Assembly: GCA_010093605.1 (NCBI GenBank) | Contig: MU004182.1 | Span: 2,465,195-2,529,194, forward strand | Source: Lophium mytilinum | Lineage: Eukaryota | Direction of reading: 5' to 3' | DNA length: 64,000 nucleotides | Part shown: positions 1 to 14,100 of the stretch, piece after piece | Layout: each line of letters opens with the position of its first letter | How positions within the stretch are numbered: position 1 is the first letter of the stretch | Program-made: the position numbers and the translations under genes | The notes under the pieces: generated by a model | What the model was told of the DNA's origin: nothing | Databases searched by the model: none | What the model saw: only the letters and a program-made list of their open reading frames with translations

Positions 1-51
1 CATGTTCCACGTAATTTTGAATTAGCCGCCAGCGAGCCTCGCCGACCATGG

Positions 52-1366
52 TTATCGCTGCACTTCGTTGCGGGCAATGAAGAATGCCTTCGCCATTTCG
101 TAGGCCGACCTGGGCGCCAAGTCAGCATGTCCCTCTCAGCGGAGTAGTTCGCACTCACCAGCATATTGCCGTGCTCGGCATCGTCGTGATGATCCTGGGC
201 TTGAGCCCGCGGAAGAAGCCCCGGTAGCCCTCCCGCCTCTTGATAATCGCTGCCGCCTGCCACAGCCCAGAGACGTTCCGTAGCTCGGGCTCAGTCGCAT
301 TTCCCCTGGTCTGTAGAAGCGTCTTGATGACATCTAGCGGAGTAGTAAGGCCTGCTGCGAGCCCTCCCGCGAGGCCACCTGCCGTACAATGCGTATACGG
401 GTCGTACCGCCCAGTAGGGTTAATGGATTTTGAAATCGACTCGTAAGCTGTGAACTGGAGCGCCGTAAATGGTACCGTCATGCATAGTGTCGTGGGGTAC
501 GAGACGTAGAAGGCGGTGAAGCCCTCCTTTCGGAAGACCGACTTCGCACACTGTCCGAAAGATCTGTAGACCGAACCGTGTAGCTGCATCCGCTGTTTGA
601 TGACTGCAATAATGAGCGCGTGCGATGGACCGTGAATATCGTGAAGCTTACCATCGAATGGATTCATCAACGCATCGCTTGCAATCGTTGCTGCCGCGCC
701 GCTCACAGCTGCAGGATGTCAGTTCAAGGCCTTTTTCGTCCGGACTGGAGGTGTCAATTCTTACCAGCTGCTAGAGGGTGGTGCTCTTCATGGCCCCCCT
801 CATTGCCGCCCATCGCATGCTTTACCGCCTCATATGATGCAAAATATACAGCATGCGCCGGCCCTGCCCAGCATCGTCAGTTTTGTCCCGAGCCTGAAAG
901 CCAGGACGACTACTAACCAGCCCCTAATACCACGCTTGATAAGCCCTTCCATAATGTCCTGAACCCCTCTACCCTCGAAATTGTGACCACGGCGTTCGAT
1001 ATGCCAGTATATACGGCGGTTGGTGACGGATTGACGACCTGCATCCTAGTCTGGCAACGACGTTAATATTGGAGGAGAGCAGGAGCTGGTGGGTATGGAT
1101 ACGGACCTTGAGCAGGTCGATCGGGTACATCACCGAGTGCTCCTGCGCAGTGTTAGAATATCGCGGGGAGAGATAGGCATGTCGTTCGCGGCTCATACGG
1201 CAATTCCAGCAAACGCGCCAGCCACCATGTTGGCGGAGAGGGAGAAGTTCGGCGGGAGAGATTCATAACTAGAGACGCAGATTAGCATTGAACATCTGTC
1301 GCGGGTGTCTGCGGAGATGTACTCGTGGTCTTCTACTTCCACACCTATCCGCTCATGGGTGGCCAT
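52..1366 (-). CDS. MRS3: Mitochondrial carrier, iron transporter (mitoferrin, MRS3/MRS4 family), multi-exon
   Basis: Exons read YESLPPNFSLSANMVAGAFAGIA, EHSVMYPIDLLK, AGPAHAVYFASYE, MNPFDVIKQRMQ and TTPLDVIKTLLQ, giving three PxD/ExxK carrier signatures. C-terminus SAYEMAKAFFIARNEVQR*. ATG at 1366, TAA at 54-52. Confidence 0.9.
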
Positions 1367-2271
1367 AAAATCCACCTCGCCCCACAGAATCGTGCTGCAA
1401 CTTAGGTGGGAGGTTCGACGGCGAGTACGAAGAGATGTATGAGGGTACACGGCGGGTAGAGGCAATCGAGGGAGCACAGTGGCGTTGGGGAGAAGCGCAG
1501 TTACAGCAATTGTTTTTAAGGTCTCGGATTAAGAGGGCGCGGCCGGGTCGCTCCTCGGCGAAGCTTGGACAGAAAAGAAGGCCTGCGTCACGGAGGAGAC
1601 AAAGGCTTGCACCTCGAACGTTGCGCAGAGCCACCACTTTCTCGCATATTGCAACGATTAAAATATAGAAGTTTATTCTGGAGACGATTGTCTGGTAGCT
1701 ATGCTTTTGGAACGATCCCCTAGATCTCTGAATCGTACATGCGAAACTGAAAAAAGTGCGTCCGCTGCCGCGGAGATGTTCACCTTTGAAAAACTAAGTC
1801 TCGACGGCTAAAGGGTGGAATATAAGTCTATAGTGAATTTAGAAAACCCTTCTGAGCGGGTTTCTGGATTTCTCGATAATGTGCTGCCATTCGAGCAGAG
1901 CAACCGGTGTGGGAGAGTACCACTCTATGACGCCTGCAGGTCATCTGTTGAAGACCGCCCTGCTGCCAAGGTAATTCTGCGAGGACACGATGAGCGACCC
2001 TACGATGCTATGGTGACGAGTGATATGACGGAGGCTTATATGTTCTTGGAGTAAGGTCTTTCCCGCTAGTTTCTTTATCACGTAGACGACTGATAATAGT
2101 AGGTGACGGGTAAGTTGAGAATAGTACACACAGAAGAATATTCTCTTCTCAGCCTCAAAATCGGGCGGCTAGCAACTTCAACGCGGAAGTAACTCCTTTT
2201 GATGATGTACCGCTTATTACACTACGCACCTGACACGTAATATACAAATAGCTTCCCAGGTCGTCGGGAGC

Positions 2272-4052
2272 TCAGCAGTCACACCGCCCGTACCATCTGG
2301 GAAATCCAACAATCTCTCGGATGTTGGACACACCTGACAGGTAGCATAGGAGTCGATCGAATCCGATACCGAATCCACCATGTGGTACACTGCCGTACTT
2401 ACGAAGGTCGATGTACCATTGCAGAGAACCCTCCGATGTGGAGTCTTCCGAGCTACTGCCCAAAGCTTTTCGAAGTCCGTGGGCGTCCATATTTTCCAAA
2501 AGTTGAGGAAGACGATGTTCACGCATCGACCCGCCAGCCAACTCGCAGAGTTCTGGTACTAAGAGGTCAAAGCAGGCAGCCGTGGGCCTTGCATCTATCG
2601 TCCCTGTAGTTGAATCCTTAGGGCTGTTAGTCGACTGTGCCATGTAGAACGGTTTCAGATCTCGAGGGTAATCTGTCACAAACACCGGCCCGCCTTGTCC
2701 TACAGTTTCTGCGAGGAACTTCTCATGCTCGGCTTGCAGTCCTGACTTGTGGCTTGGCTCGAACTCGAATTGGGTCTTGCCTTCGCCCACAGCCCGCTGA
2801 AGCGTTTGGATGGCGTCTGCAAAGGTGATGCGCGGCCAAGGTCCATCGACTAAGCTCTGCCATCTTCTGGCTAGAACATCGTGTGTCACCTCGGAATTCT
2901 CGGCCTCCTCGTTCGAATAAGACTTGCGAGCTTGAAGCAGCTCGTCGCCGACGCGAGATGTTTGCAGCCCGCGAGCAACGTCTCGAAGCATGCCCTCAAC
3001 CAGATCCATGACCTGCGCAAGATCTTCTACAAAGGCAACTTCCGCTTCGAGCATATAAAACTCACTCAAATGGCGGGGGGTGTCGCTCTTCTCTGCGCGG
3101 AAAGTGGGCGACAACGTCCATACTTTCCCTGCAGACTGCGCTAGTGCCTCTAGATGGAGCTGGGATGACACGGTGAGATACTTTGGAGAGTGGAAAAAAA
3201 GGTCATCTCGTGGAGATGGTGGAGATGGAGCGTCTTTCTTGTGGCCATTCGACGCTGTTGGCTCCAAAGAGACGGTGAAGACCTCCCCAGCGCCTTCGCA
3301 GTCAGAAGAAGTTATGATCGGCGGATGGGTCTGGACGAAGTCTTGCTCGGAGAAGAAGTGGGTCAGACGAGCAATGACATGTGACCTTAACCGCAATAGC
3401 AGCGAGTTGACAGGCAGTCGTGGCCGCAGATGAGGCAGGGTTCGTAGGAACTCGGTGCTGTGGTACTTTTTCTGCAGCGGATACGTCTGCAGGTGCTGGT
3501 CAGAAGCAAACTCTGCGCGTCAGCTGAACAGAGTGGGATCTAATGCAACATACTGTAGCATCATTATCCCCCAGGATTCTGACGTTCTCGGCGTGTATCT
3601 CGTGTGACTGCTCTTTCCCAGAAGGAGACTCTTTCCAGACCCCGGTGATGCTGACCGCAGTCCCTGTAGATAACCTTAACAACGCAAAGAGGTCGTCAGC
3701 GGTTACATCCAGGGCGAATTGGCCAGACACCTCGAGAAACTGACCCTTCAGCCTGTTCAGGACTCAAGACAGCCTGCAGCGGCTGCAGCGACGAGCCGTC
3801 CCCAATTGCAGCAAATGCTACTCGTTTCTGTTTTCGCACGGTGCGAATGAAGCCATTGACCGTAATGGTGCCATCCGATCGGGCCAACGGTTCGGCTCCC
3901 GCAGATAGGGACTGCGCGAGGAGTGTTGCGATGTTTGGCGGGAGGGACGACGTCGAAGATTGTCGTAGTCGGAGCGATCTCCCGGCGTTGGGTCTAGTCA
4001 GGTGCAACGGGGAACGGACGGCGCGCGCGGAACTCAGCAGCTGCCGGCGCAT
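2272..4052 (-). CDS. SLM5: Asparaginyl-tRNA synthetase, mitochondrial
   Basis: Arg/Ser-rich presequence (MRRQLLSSARAVRSP), OB-fold (TVNGFIRTVRKQK), SDCEGAGEVF, motif 2 FRAEKSDTPRHLSEFYMLEAE, motif 3 PHGGFGIGFDRLL. Two introns near 3746-3675 and 3555-3488. Confidence 0.92.
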
Positions 4053-5411
4053 TGAGACGTGTATGAGAGGGAGGTAGTGGCTGCAAGGGAAACGGACGGG
4101 TGCAGCGACGAGGAGCTGGCAACATGACGCCGTAGGTTGAGCCGCGAAAACGACTGGAAAACACCTGACTTCGGCGAGCGTGCGGCAGGCTAGTTTCATA
4201 ACTCTTGGCATCTCGGCGGCAGCCATCGGCACGGCAGTCCAGTCCGACTCGGGATGCAACAACCGCATCGTGTGTCTCCCGACGTCAGACCCCGAAGGCC
4301 AACGCCCACTTGATTGCGATATCTCAGACATCTAGGTCCCATCAGCCTCGCCCTCCGCGGCCGCACTCCGGCCACTGAGATTTCACTCTTGGAAAAGTCG
4401 CTGTCATGCCCCCGCTGCGGACCACAGCTTGGCTCTGCAAGAAGGCCCCATTGGCGGCTAGCGATCACGCCTCTCCCTCCACTCACTGCCTGCACGGCGG
4501 TGCGGTGGAGCACATTGCAAGTTTCAGAGGCGCTATGCAGCGCCCGCCGTTGCTGTCCCACGGCTGCTGCGCGATGCGCTTCCCCGGTGGTACATGTATA
4601 CGCCAGGTCGGCGAGCAGGTCGGCGAACAGGCCGCAGCAACGAAGCTCACGGCTGCTTAGGAGCGGTGCGCTGCGGATGACATGGCACTATCTTCTGGGC
4701 ACCCTGCATGTGGGAGGTCCGCTGCAGCGCTAGCTGTGCAAGATCTCGCTCCCACACCCCAGATCTCGGACTAACAACCCAGGGATGCGGCGATCGCTCT
4801 GATCCATGAGATGCTTGGTGTCTGCTAAACCCCCCCTACGGCCGCCACGGCTGCCCAAGCCCAGCTCTGAAGCGCGTTGCATCCATCAGACACTAGGTAC
4901 TGCCGCGGCTTTTCCCAGACGCCCCCGACGCATGACTGGGGCCTGTCGACGCCGTTCTTGCGCGACCTGCCCAATCTCAATGCGGCAACTTTCGCTGGGT
5001 GTTTATTTTTTCGCCAGGCGCAACGCATGTGCCCTGGTCACGGCTATCCAGCTTTTGTACGCGCCTTGACGCTATCGATGGCGCCATGTACCCGCATCGT
5101 AGTCCTGATCGTGTACCACTCTCGCAGGATTCACCTCTCCACGACCGCTCACGACTGCCCATCCGGCTCGGCTTTTGTCCCATTAGGCGCGTGCCGCTGA
5201 CCGGCTCGATCTGGGCTAAGAATGATCGCTGCTGTCCCTGTGCCGGCTCGTCTCGATCCCAGTATATATGGATGAAGTCACTCCGCGCACCAACCAGCAA
5301 GTGCACATCACCCTCGCAGTATTCAGTCATCCCTCGTTCTACCCTTAGATTTTTTCTTGCTTCATTCGTTCCGCCTGGAGACATATCTTGTCAGCCTTGT
5401 CGACTCTCACC

Positions 5412-6344
5412 ATGCCCCAGATGAGACCCAAGCCTTCAGAGATTGCGGCAGAGGCGAAGCGGACGTACATACCATATATTCAGAGGAATATGCCCAAATG
5501 TCCTCCTCATTCAATGCTCTACGCCGACTCATCGCAAATCCACGTGGCACCGGAGAAACGAACAGCCCAACGGCTGCGGGTTGCTGTCTTTGACGGCGAT
5601 CCTGTTGACGTTGCTCTGGATTGGTACAACTCCAACCTGAAAGACCCGGCAAGGGCCCAGCCTACAGCACGCATCCCTGTAGTCAACATGGCAAACGAAA
5701 AACGTGCAGGCGGCGACTGGGAGTCTGGCCTCATCGCGCCGGAGGAATGCTTTGCTCGAAGGAGTAATCTGGTCCAAGCCCTAGTGACGCCGTGGAACCC
5801 AAACACCGGGATGGCGCACTATCCCATCCCCCAAAAGGGAGGGATATATTCGCAGTATGTTGGTAAGGCTCTCTGAATCTGCATCTCTTGCGCCTCATCT
5901 CACCGACAGGCAGTCGTATTCCGCGAGGCCTTCGAGCCATATACGATCTGGAAAGAGTTTAAAGACCTACCCGTGATTTCTGTGGCGCCCGTCCGCCGCC
6001 CGAAGCTCGACGAGAGCGGGAAGCACTATTCCTTCGACCAGGAGCGCGAGCTCATGAAAGAGAAGATGCGAACAGTGCTGCGGATTGCGGCCTACTGCAG
6101 CCACCGCGAGCTCTGCCTCGGGGCGTTTGGGGTCGGGCCCATCTTCCGCAATCCCGTTGAGGAGGTCGCAAACATGTGGAGGGCGCTGCTCTTCCACGAG
6201 CCTGAGTTCCAAGGCGTCTTCACCAACGTCGTCTTCGCTATCGAAAAGAACCCACCCGGGCACATGCGCGGCGGCGAGCACGATTACGAGGCCTTCGTTG
6301 AGGCCTTCGATCCCAAGAAGGTGTTCCGAACTGCTAGCTTCTAA
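5412..6344 (+). CDS. Macrodomain protein of the microbial-type PARG (TIGR02452/DUF2263-like) family
   Basis: VVNMANEKRAGGDWESGLIAPEECFARRSNL, GGIYS, VISVAPVRRP and LCLGAFGVGPIFRNP match the family layout (NxA..GG..EE..R.S.L; LGAFGxG.F.N). One intron at about 5863-5912. Confidence 0.8.
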
Positions 6345-7569
6345 GTAGCGGTAGTGGCTAAGCGCCAGTAATCGGGGGTCATTCCGGCACCGCTGCTGTG
6401 CGGTGTCGTCAGCGGCGTGGCCATGATGGAGCATGTGGGTGAGGTGTCGTGGACTTTGGAGTTGGTCCCTGCGCGGCTGCTGCCCAATCAATGGCGGGGC
6501 CCAGGCGATTGGGTGCCAGGCCGGCGGCCTACGGCGTTCCGGGATCTGGGAAAGAGTTGCGGTGACAAATGCACCGCAGGCGTCACGGCGTTGTTTGTTC
6601 CTTTTTTCTTTTTATCGTGGAAGCTAGCCTGTCCACCAGGGAGCCTTCTTGGGGGTCAAGCGCGGCGCAGGCGGGGTGGGATAGCGGCTGTCTCGGCGAA
6701 AGACGCCTGAACGACACCAAAATTAGGACACCTATTCTCTGAAGACAATTTCTGACGATTGGGCTTCAATATGCTCGTGGAGTTCGTGGGTGGTCCCTTG
6801 CTGGCAGCCCGTAAGATGCTGGCACCTGGCAAGTCCGCAGATCGAAGGGCGCCAGGGTGCGAAAAAGAGCTCGTCACTACCGAGCTTTTGCACGATATGC
6901 ACACGCCGGGCGTGACCCGTCAGGCCGGATAGGCGAACGTGCAGCACCAAGCAGGGTCCAGCCTAGATCTGGCGAGGAGATGCATACGTGGGCGGTAGCG
7001 GTGGGGGACCGCTTGTCCCCTGTGATTCGCAGAAACCGCAGTCGGAATTGACGGAGTTTTGGAGCAGGATCGGGCGTCCCTTGGCAGTCAACTACGGTCG
7101 ATTCGTTGGTCGAATTATTGATTCTCCATCGCTTGTCTCCCGCGTTCGGCCGAGTTACTCTGGGGCAGCCAGCTTCTGATCTTCCCCAGACCAACCCCCA
7201 TATATGCAGCCATCCATTTTGGGCGTGTGTTAATGTTGCTGGCGTGGAGACTACTACGCCCGAACTAAGGCCTGCCCTCACCGCATGGAATCTCAAATAC
7301 AATTCGCCAATCATGGGTAAACGGCATCTTCCTTCCCGGTGTCACGAGTCTCTTCAGCTTGCAACTCACTTCTCCTGCAGGCCGTCGATCGAAAATAGGC
7401 TCATGAAACAAGCTATTAGAGATGGCGCTAGCGGGTTGATCCATACATTGCCGGCGACATGGAAGGGAAGAGGTGGGGTCCCGGGCCTGAGTTTTATTAT
7501 ACACATGATACATCTTTTCGTACACCTTGTAGCCCGTATTCGAATCCCAATGCATGTTCTAAAGCATTA

Positions 7570-8087
7570 TTACTTCGGTGGTAGAGGCCCTGGCGGGTGA
7601 ACCTCTCCGCCCTCGGCCTCTATCCGCCTTATCGTCTGCACCTTCTGGTATTCCACCACTCGCCGCTTTTTGAAGTACTCAACCTGTGTGCGTGCGTCAG
7701 CGTGATATCCATGACGAAAGAGCACCAGAAGCAAACAATCCAATCCGTGGTGGTTATCCACTCCAATCAGAGAGCTTCGCGAGCGCCACCTCCGGATTGT
7801 GAGTCCAGATTGTGTATCCGGATTGCAATGACTGAATCTGAGGGAAGCACACTCACCCATGCAGTCGCGCAGTTTTGCTCGAATTGTTGGTTCTGTGCCC
7901 CACACACTACTTTCGACTTGTCCTGGTCCTTGATTGCGTCTAGGATGTTGTTCTGCTCGAGGCAATTGAAGAAGGCGTCCCGGGCGGCGTAGCACTTGTC
8001 TCGTTTTGAGCGCATTGGGGGCTCGTAGGGCTTGTCTGCTGCTTTTTCCTCCGGCTTGCTGCCACTGATTGATGGTATCCAGCCCAT
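7570..8087 (-). CDS. COA6: Cytochrome c oxidase assembly factor 6 (COX6B-like twin-Cys protein)
   Basis: RSKRDKCYAARDAFFNCL...C...FEQNCATAW joined to VEYFKKRR across a ~170-nt GTGAGT..CAG intron. Confidence 0.85.
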
Positions 8088-8550
8088 GGTGACGAAATCT
8101 TGGATTGGATTGTGATGGAGGTGGCGGGCGGAAAAGTAGGATTGACGTAGTACAGGGCGAATATGGCTGGCTAGGACGAGGTTCTTCTGAGACTGTTAGT
8201 ACTCATTGCACTATTCAAGTAATTGCGACGAGCAAAATTACCTGCGGCCTTGCTGTCAGGCTTGAAGATGCGAAAGCAGCTCAAGAGAATGATGCGCTCA
8301 AGAAACCGATCGGAGCTCCCAGGGTTCCACGGGCCGACTCTTGGCTCGGCTCGGCATGCCGGGATAATGATGTCTGGCCTTAGTCAAAAACTCCAAGCCG
8401 ATGCCTATTGAACATTACCACCATCTTAACTCACGATAACCACGTATTTCCCACGACCGGCCGTTACCTAGGCTAGATTTCCCGGCGAGCTACGTCTACA
8501 TGCGCCCCCGATAACCACCAACCGCCATCATCGCGACCTAATCACACGCG

Positions 8551-9253
8551 ATGCCACGCCGGCGGCGTCCTCCCCGTCCAGGCGCTCTCGCAGACCTCGC
8601 TCCGGGACGCCTCCTGACCCAAATCATCGCGCTGCAGGCTGCGTTCTACGTCAGCGCGGCTATTCTCATCCTTTTCACTGCGCTCGTGGCTGGGAAAGAA
8701 GTCCGCCTAGACCTATTGCTAAGCTGGCGGAGCTTGAGGGGAGACACGACCGTTGGATGGACACTAGGGCTCGTGTGGATGCTGAACAGTCTAATAAGGT
8801 GCGCACTTCTACATTTAGTATTCAACACTTCCGCTAATTCAAGGTGATAGCGTCGTCTTCATCCTCCTCCTCATCGCACGTTCGAAACTAGTCCCAGACT
8901 TCACCCTCACCCTCCACTTTATCCACCTTGTCGTTACGTCCTTTTATTCGCATGGCCTGCCTAGAAACTGGCTTTGGTGGGCCCTACAGGCGGCGTCGGC
9001 CGCGCTTATGAATTTCCTTGGTATTTGGGCGTGTCAGTGGCGTGAGCTACGGCCTATCAATTTCGGCGGCGGAGGGGGAGCGAGTAGGCCACGGCAGGGG
9101 AATGCGGTCACGAGTTCAAATGGGACCGCAGCTTTAGAGGGTCCGCAGGATGAGGAAGCAGGCTTTGGGAGGGGACGGGGTAGAGGAAGAGGGAGGGATG
9201 GGGCCGGGGAGTACGAGATGGTTACTATGAAAGAGCGAGAAGAGAACGGGTAG
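8551..9253 (+). CDS. SYS1: Golgi integral membrane protein Sys1
   Basis: MPRRRRPPR start, QIIALQAAFY, RSKLVPDFTLTLHFIHL, W..QWRELRPI. One intron at about 8800-8850. Confidence 0.88.
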
Positions 9254-11105
9254 CTGAGGATGAAGATGCTCATAGTCGGTTTTCGGATTGACATAGCGAT
9301 TGCATTTGCGAGGCGTTTCCGGTGCGGCTTACACCGCAGGTCTGAAGTATAGACAAATACGCATTCCTATGTGGATTGTAATATTATGGTGTTCAAACAG
9401 GTTTGTGCTAGGGTTCAAAGAGTCGCTTTTGTCAAGCATTTGGGAACCGACGTTGTTGCTTGTACGGGTACCGATTTTTGGCAGACTAAATCCAACACCC
9501 CCAGATGGAAGCTGTTATTCGAAACTCCACTTCCCGAAACGCTGTACATACGTGTATCCTACGGAGCTCAAGCAAATACACTACGTACACTCCATACTGT
9601 CGACTTCTCTGCCCGCCAGGAACCATCGATTTCCCGGTTGCTCAAAGGAAACGGCTTCATCTTGGAAAGTAAACGGCATTGTACAATCAACCTCGCCTAC
9701 GCCTTGGTGCGCGCGCATACCTTTCTCTTCTTCAGAAAGCACTAGATGTATCGTGCAAACGGTTCGCTCGGTGTTCCGTAATTGTTATTTTTGGCGACCT
9801 CTAGCAACGGAGTCTGACGCCGATGACTGAATGTGTAGGGTATGAGACCGAGGGCCTAATGGATCGGCGATACGGGCGCTTTGGACATGGACTGGGAAAG
9901 GAGAGTTGAACCCTACATGACTTTACACGACGAGCTGGTTTTCGGGTTACTTGGTAAGTTGTAGAAGCTGCACAGTGTGTAGAAACTGCGAAGAATCAAG
10001 TGTAGGAGACGACGCAGAAAAAGCTGCTTCCTAAGAATATGTTCTTCTATGTAAAGATAACGTACCAGGCACCACGCGTTGGTGGACAGGCATTTCCACA
10101 TACTTCTCGTCGTGACTGTTAGATGCAGTGATATAGAGCCCGATAACGCCCACACTCCTCTGATACTTCAGGGTTAGTCCTTGTTGTTCTTTCGCCTGTG
10201 CCTTTGGCGGGAGGAGGCGTCCTTGCGTGCGAAGGTGTGGTACATCGAATATAACTCTACTCCAGACACTGCATCCGAGCGCTAGAAAGATGATACGTAG
10301 TGAAGGCATGCTTTTGATGGTTCTGGCGGCTTGGAAAGACCGAAACGAAAGTTGTTCCCATATTTGAGTACGAGAACAGGGAGCAACAGGAATAGAGAGG
10401 AGAAGAAGGGAAGGAGCATCTCTACACAACTTCCCTAATGATAAAAGATAGTCCATCGTTATTGAATGCAGAACTTAGTACTACAACTTCATTTTGGGGG
10501 CACTGTCATCCGTGTAATGTGACAGGGCTGGCAGCCTAATGATCCAATGAATGCGCATAGAATGTTCCGAACTGCGAGTGGACGCGATGATCCATGTCGT
10601 AGGTATACTCTGCCGCGCGTCTCTGATTCCGCAACAATTTGTCTTGACTGTACCCTTGTTGCCATGCTTTATATTGTTTCCATGGGGGTTGAGACTGCAT
10701 GGCGATTCTCCGATTAGTAGATACAAGGCTGTGATGAGGTTTGTGGGCTGTCTCGGGGCGCTCGAGAGGTGCGAGCCCAGTGCATTTGCGGTGTTGGCAT
10801 CTTCAAACCGACCAACCTACAGTTGAGGTTGAAATCCATGCAATGCGACTTTCATCATCAGAAACGACATAGGCGAGTGTGTGATTGACGCTAGTACATA
10901 ACTGACTAGCGTGTGCGCTTAGTCACCTATATATCCAGACTCATTGGTTCCCGATTCATCAAAGTCCTTCATCCACCCCCGGAGCCTGCAAAGAAACCCT
11001 CTCCCCGGAGTTCATCTCTGATAGACTCCATGCACGCTTACCGACGAAGCAAGAGAAAGAGGCCGACTAAGCGATCTCTAGGTGGATAGGACTCGCACTC
11101 CCGTC

Positions 11106-14100
11106 ATGGATAGAGGCTACGGCCGTTATGGCTGGCCGAACGGAAACCCAGATGAAGAAGAACCCCTCACACCAGGACAATATCTAGACCCATTTTCAAC
11201 GGAGCAGTCATTCTCGGGTCAGCCGCAGACGCCGTTCAATCACAGCGCCTCACCTTTCCTTCCAGATGGACCTTTTGGGCCGTCAGGTCAGCCATTCCAC
11301 AGTCCATATCAAAACGGCAACGGGTACGGTCATCAAGTACCTGGCCCAACAAACTCTCATCAAGTCCCGACAATCACTACAGATGGCAACCCATTCATTT
11401 CGTCTAACCTAGCAGCCCCTCAGACTGCTACTTACCAGACTGAATCAGCCTTTGCAACCGCAGGCCCTGTCATCCATGATGGATTCATCCCGACTAATTT
11501 TGAGGAATCCGACGACGAAGATGCAAATTATCCAGAGCTACCAGACGCAGTTCGAACGAACCTGCAGGGATACCAGAATTACGTGAACTCTTTTGAGCAC
11601 GGCATCTTGTACGACGCTTCCGATAGCGAGTCCGAGAGCGATGAAGATCCAGCCGTTGAAGAAGCATTCGTAAATGACATTAGAGATGCCAACGACCCAG
11701 AAGTTGATCCAGATTTCTCGGCTTCGGACGCCGAAGAATTGAATAGTGGCGATGAACTGTTGGTTCCGGAATCGCCTCGTAGAGGACGAGGAAGAGGCAA
11801 TGCTAGAGGAAGAAGCAGTGCGAGAGGGAAAAGCAGTACTAGAGCCAGAGGCAGGGGCCGGGGTGGAGCCAGAGCTAGAGCCCGTGGTCGATCGATACTA
11901 GACCGGCGCCCACCAGCTCGAAATACGCGCAGTGGAAATGTCAGACGGGGTGCTCGCAAGGCTGCGGATCCGGGCCAGCAGTATAAGAGACTACAGATAA
12001 AGGCGAACGAGTCGTACCTCAACCAAGACTTCAAAACGGCCGCTGAATATGCTATGACAGCTATACAGCTCAACCCGGAGATCTTCGCCACACACAGTCT
12101 TCTTTCCGAGATCTACTTGGACATGGGAGATGAGCAACGCTCTTTAGAAGCTCTAATTGTTGGTGCTCCGACTAAACGAGATAAACATCTCTGGTTCCAC
12201 GTTCTCCAGCGCGTCTGGGAACTTGACGAGAAGAAATATCCAATGTATACTCGAAACACCAAAATTGGCGTTGCAATCAGCTGCCTGAGGGAGATTTTGA
12301 TCATAGATCCCAGAGATTACGAGGCCCGATACGAAAAACTGAAGATCGAACTCGAACTTGGTAACGTCGCGAAAGCTGTCAGCCTCTGTCGTCTTATGCT
12401 GGACATCAAGCCTCATGAAACAGATATCCTGAGGGAAATGGCGCGATTATGTACTAAGGATGCCAAGGGGCAAAAATATCTTGACACGGCCTCAAAAAGC
12501 TTCGAGAACGCGATCAATCATTTCATCACTAACGAGGACTTTGCAGACAGTAATTTTGACTGGCCCTTGCTTAATTATTACCTTGAGGTTGTTGAGAAGC
12601 AAAAGAAGCATAAGAAAGCAGTTACACAAGCCAAGAGGCTATCCAGATGGCTACTTGGGAGAAAGGATGAGGTATTTTGGGACGAGCTAGACGATGATCG
12701 AGAATGGGATCTCGCGCCTGAGCCGAGAAGAATCGACGTCGCAGGTTTCGAACTAGGAAAATACTCGTTTGTTAAGTATGGGGCTGGCCTGCCTATGGAG
12801 GTTCGGGTCAAGATGGGGACTAATAGGTTGCGGATGGGCGGCCTTGAAAATTACGAAGAGGCCATGGTATGTCCCGAGTTCGAAGATACAGTAATCTTGT
12901 GCTAACCATATGTAGCGTCACTTGGAACTGCTTGAGCCAGATGTGAGAGGCACCGACGCGAAAGTCATGGACTATGGAGATCTATTTCGCGAAGCAGCAG
13001 AAGCTTTGAAATCGGAGGAGCATTTCGAACAAGTGATTCGATTCTACCAAACTTTGAAGACCAATCCGGCCGAGATGAACGTTCCTTCTTACATCACCCT
13101 CATTCGATCCTACAACGCACTAGGTCGTTCTGATGAAGCAGCTGAAGATATGGAAATCCTGATTAATTTTGAATGCAAAAAGGTTGAAGAGTTGGCTCTT
13201 CTAGCAAAATTCCTCGAGGCAAGTGGCAAGTCGTATGAAGCCATTAAAAGAGGAAGACAGGCGTATGATATGGGTGGGCATTCCCTTCTCAAACGCTTGC
13301 AATTCAAGCACATCGCAGCGGTTTTGCCGGATTGGATGCCCAGAACTCCTATGGGCAGAGGACCATACCAGAAACGGTTGTACTCGAGTGTTAGTAAAGC
13401 CCCCGAAGCCAACGGAGCCGCAGCGTCAAGTAAAAAGGTCCCGGGAAAGAGATTGATGCTGAGAACACTAGCCCCGCGGCCAGCCAGTGGGGACGATACC
13501 GTTTCTGACGAAGATGATATGGATGTCGAAGAAGCGCTTACGGACGAGGACAATGAAGCGACAGATGTGCCTCCTCGACCCTTGGAGGCTCCCCAACCTA
13601 AGAAAATATCAATGCAACATCCGCGTGTCGCTGGCCCTATAACGTACATGCCTTACTTGATGGCGTTCAATGGGGAGGAACAGGACGAGGAATTGCTGGC
13701 ACCCCTCACATCGATACGAAAGCGAATTCTGGACGCAGAAAGACAGCGGCCTGACGAATTTCATTACCAAAAGGGTCTTGATCGCAAGATGAGGGCCAAC
13801 TTTGCTTTACTACAAGAGCTGGGGGAAGATGCCACGAAAGGCGACCGCGCAGCTGCAGAAAAGTGTCTGGACGCTGGTGAGGAAATGGCGACGGAGTTCT
13901 TGGAATTCGAAATGTTTTCTTGTGACATAAACGAGCCTTTCAAAGGATACTTCAGGAAGAAAGGGCTCGAGTGGAGAGAGGCCATTCTCTCTCGACTAGC
14001 ATGCTTTTCTAATAGAGTGGAGGATGGCGAGCACGATATCGATCCCCGGGCTGATGACTCTTGCAACGACTTCCACGGCATTTCATTCGAGGATTGGGGT

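Noticed and set aside
2200..2234. TGATGA...CTGA motif pair
   Set aside because: Only about 35 nt apart, too short for a snoRNA.
4060..5400. Many overlapping 60-140 aa ORFs between SLM5 and the PARG-like gene
   Set aside because: GC-rich promoter/UTR sequence with no recognisable motifs and mostly non-ATG starts.
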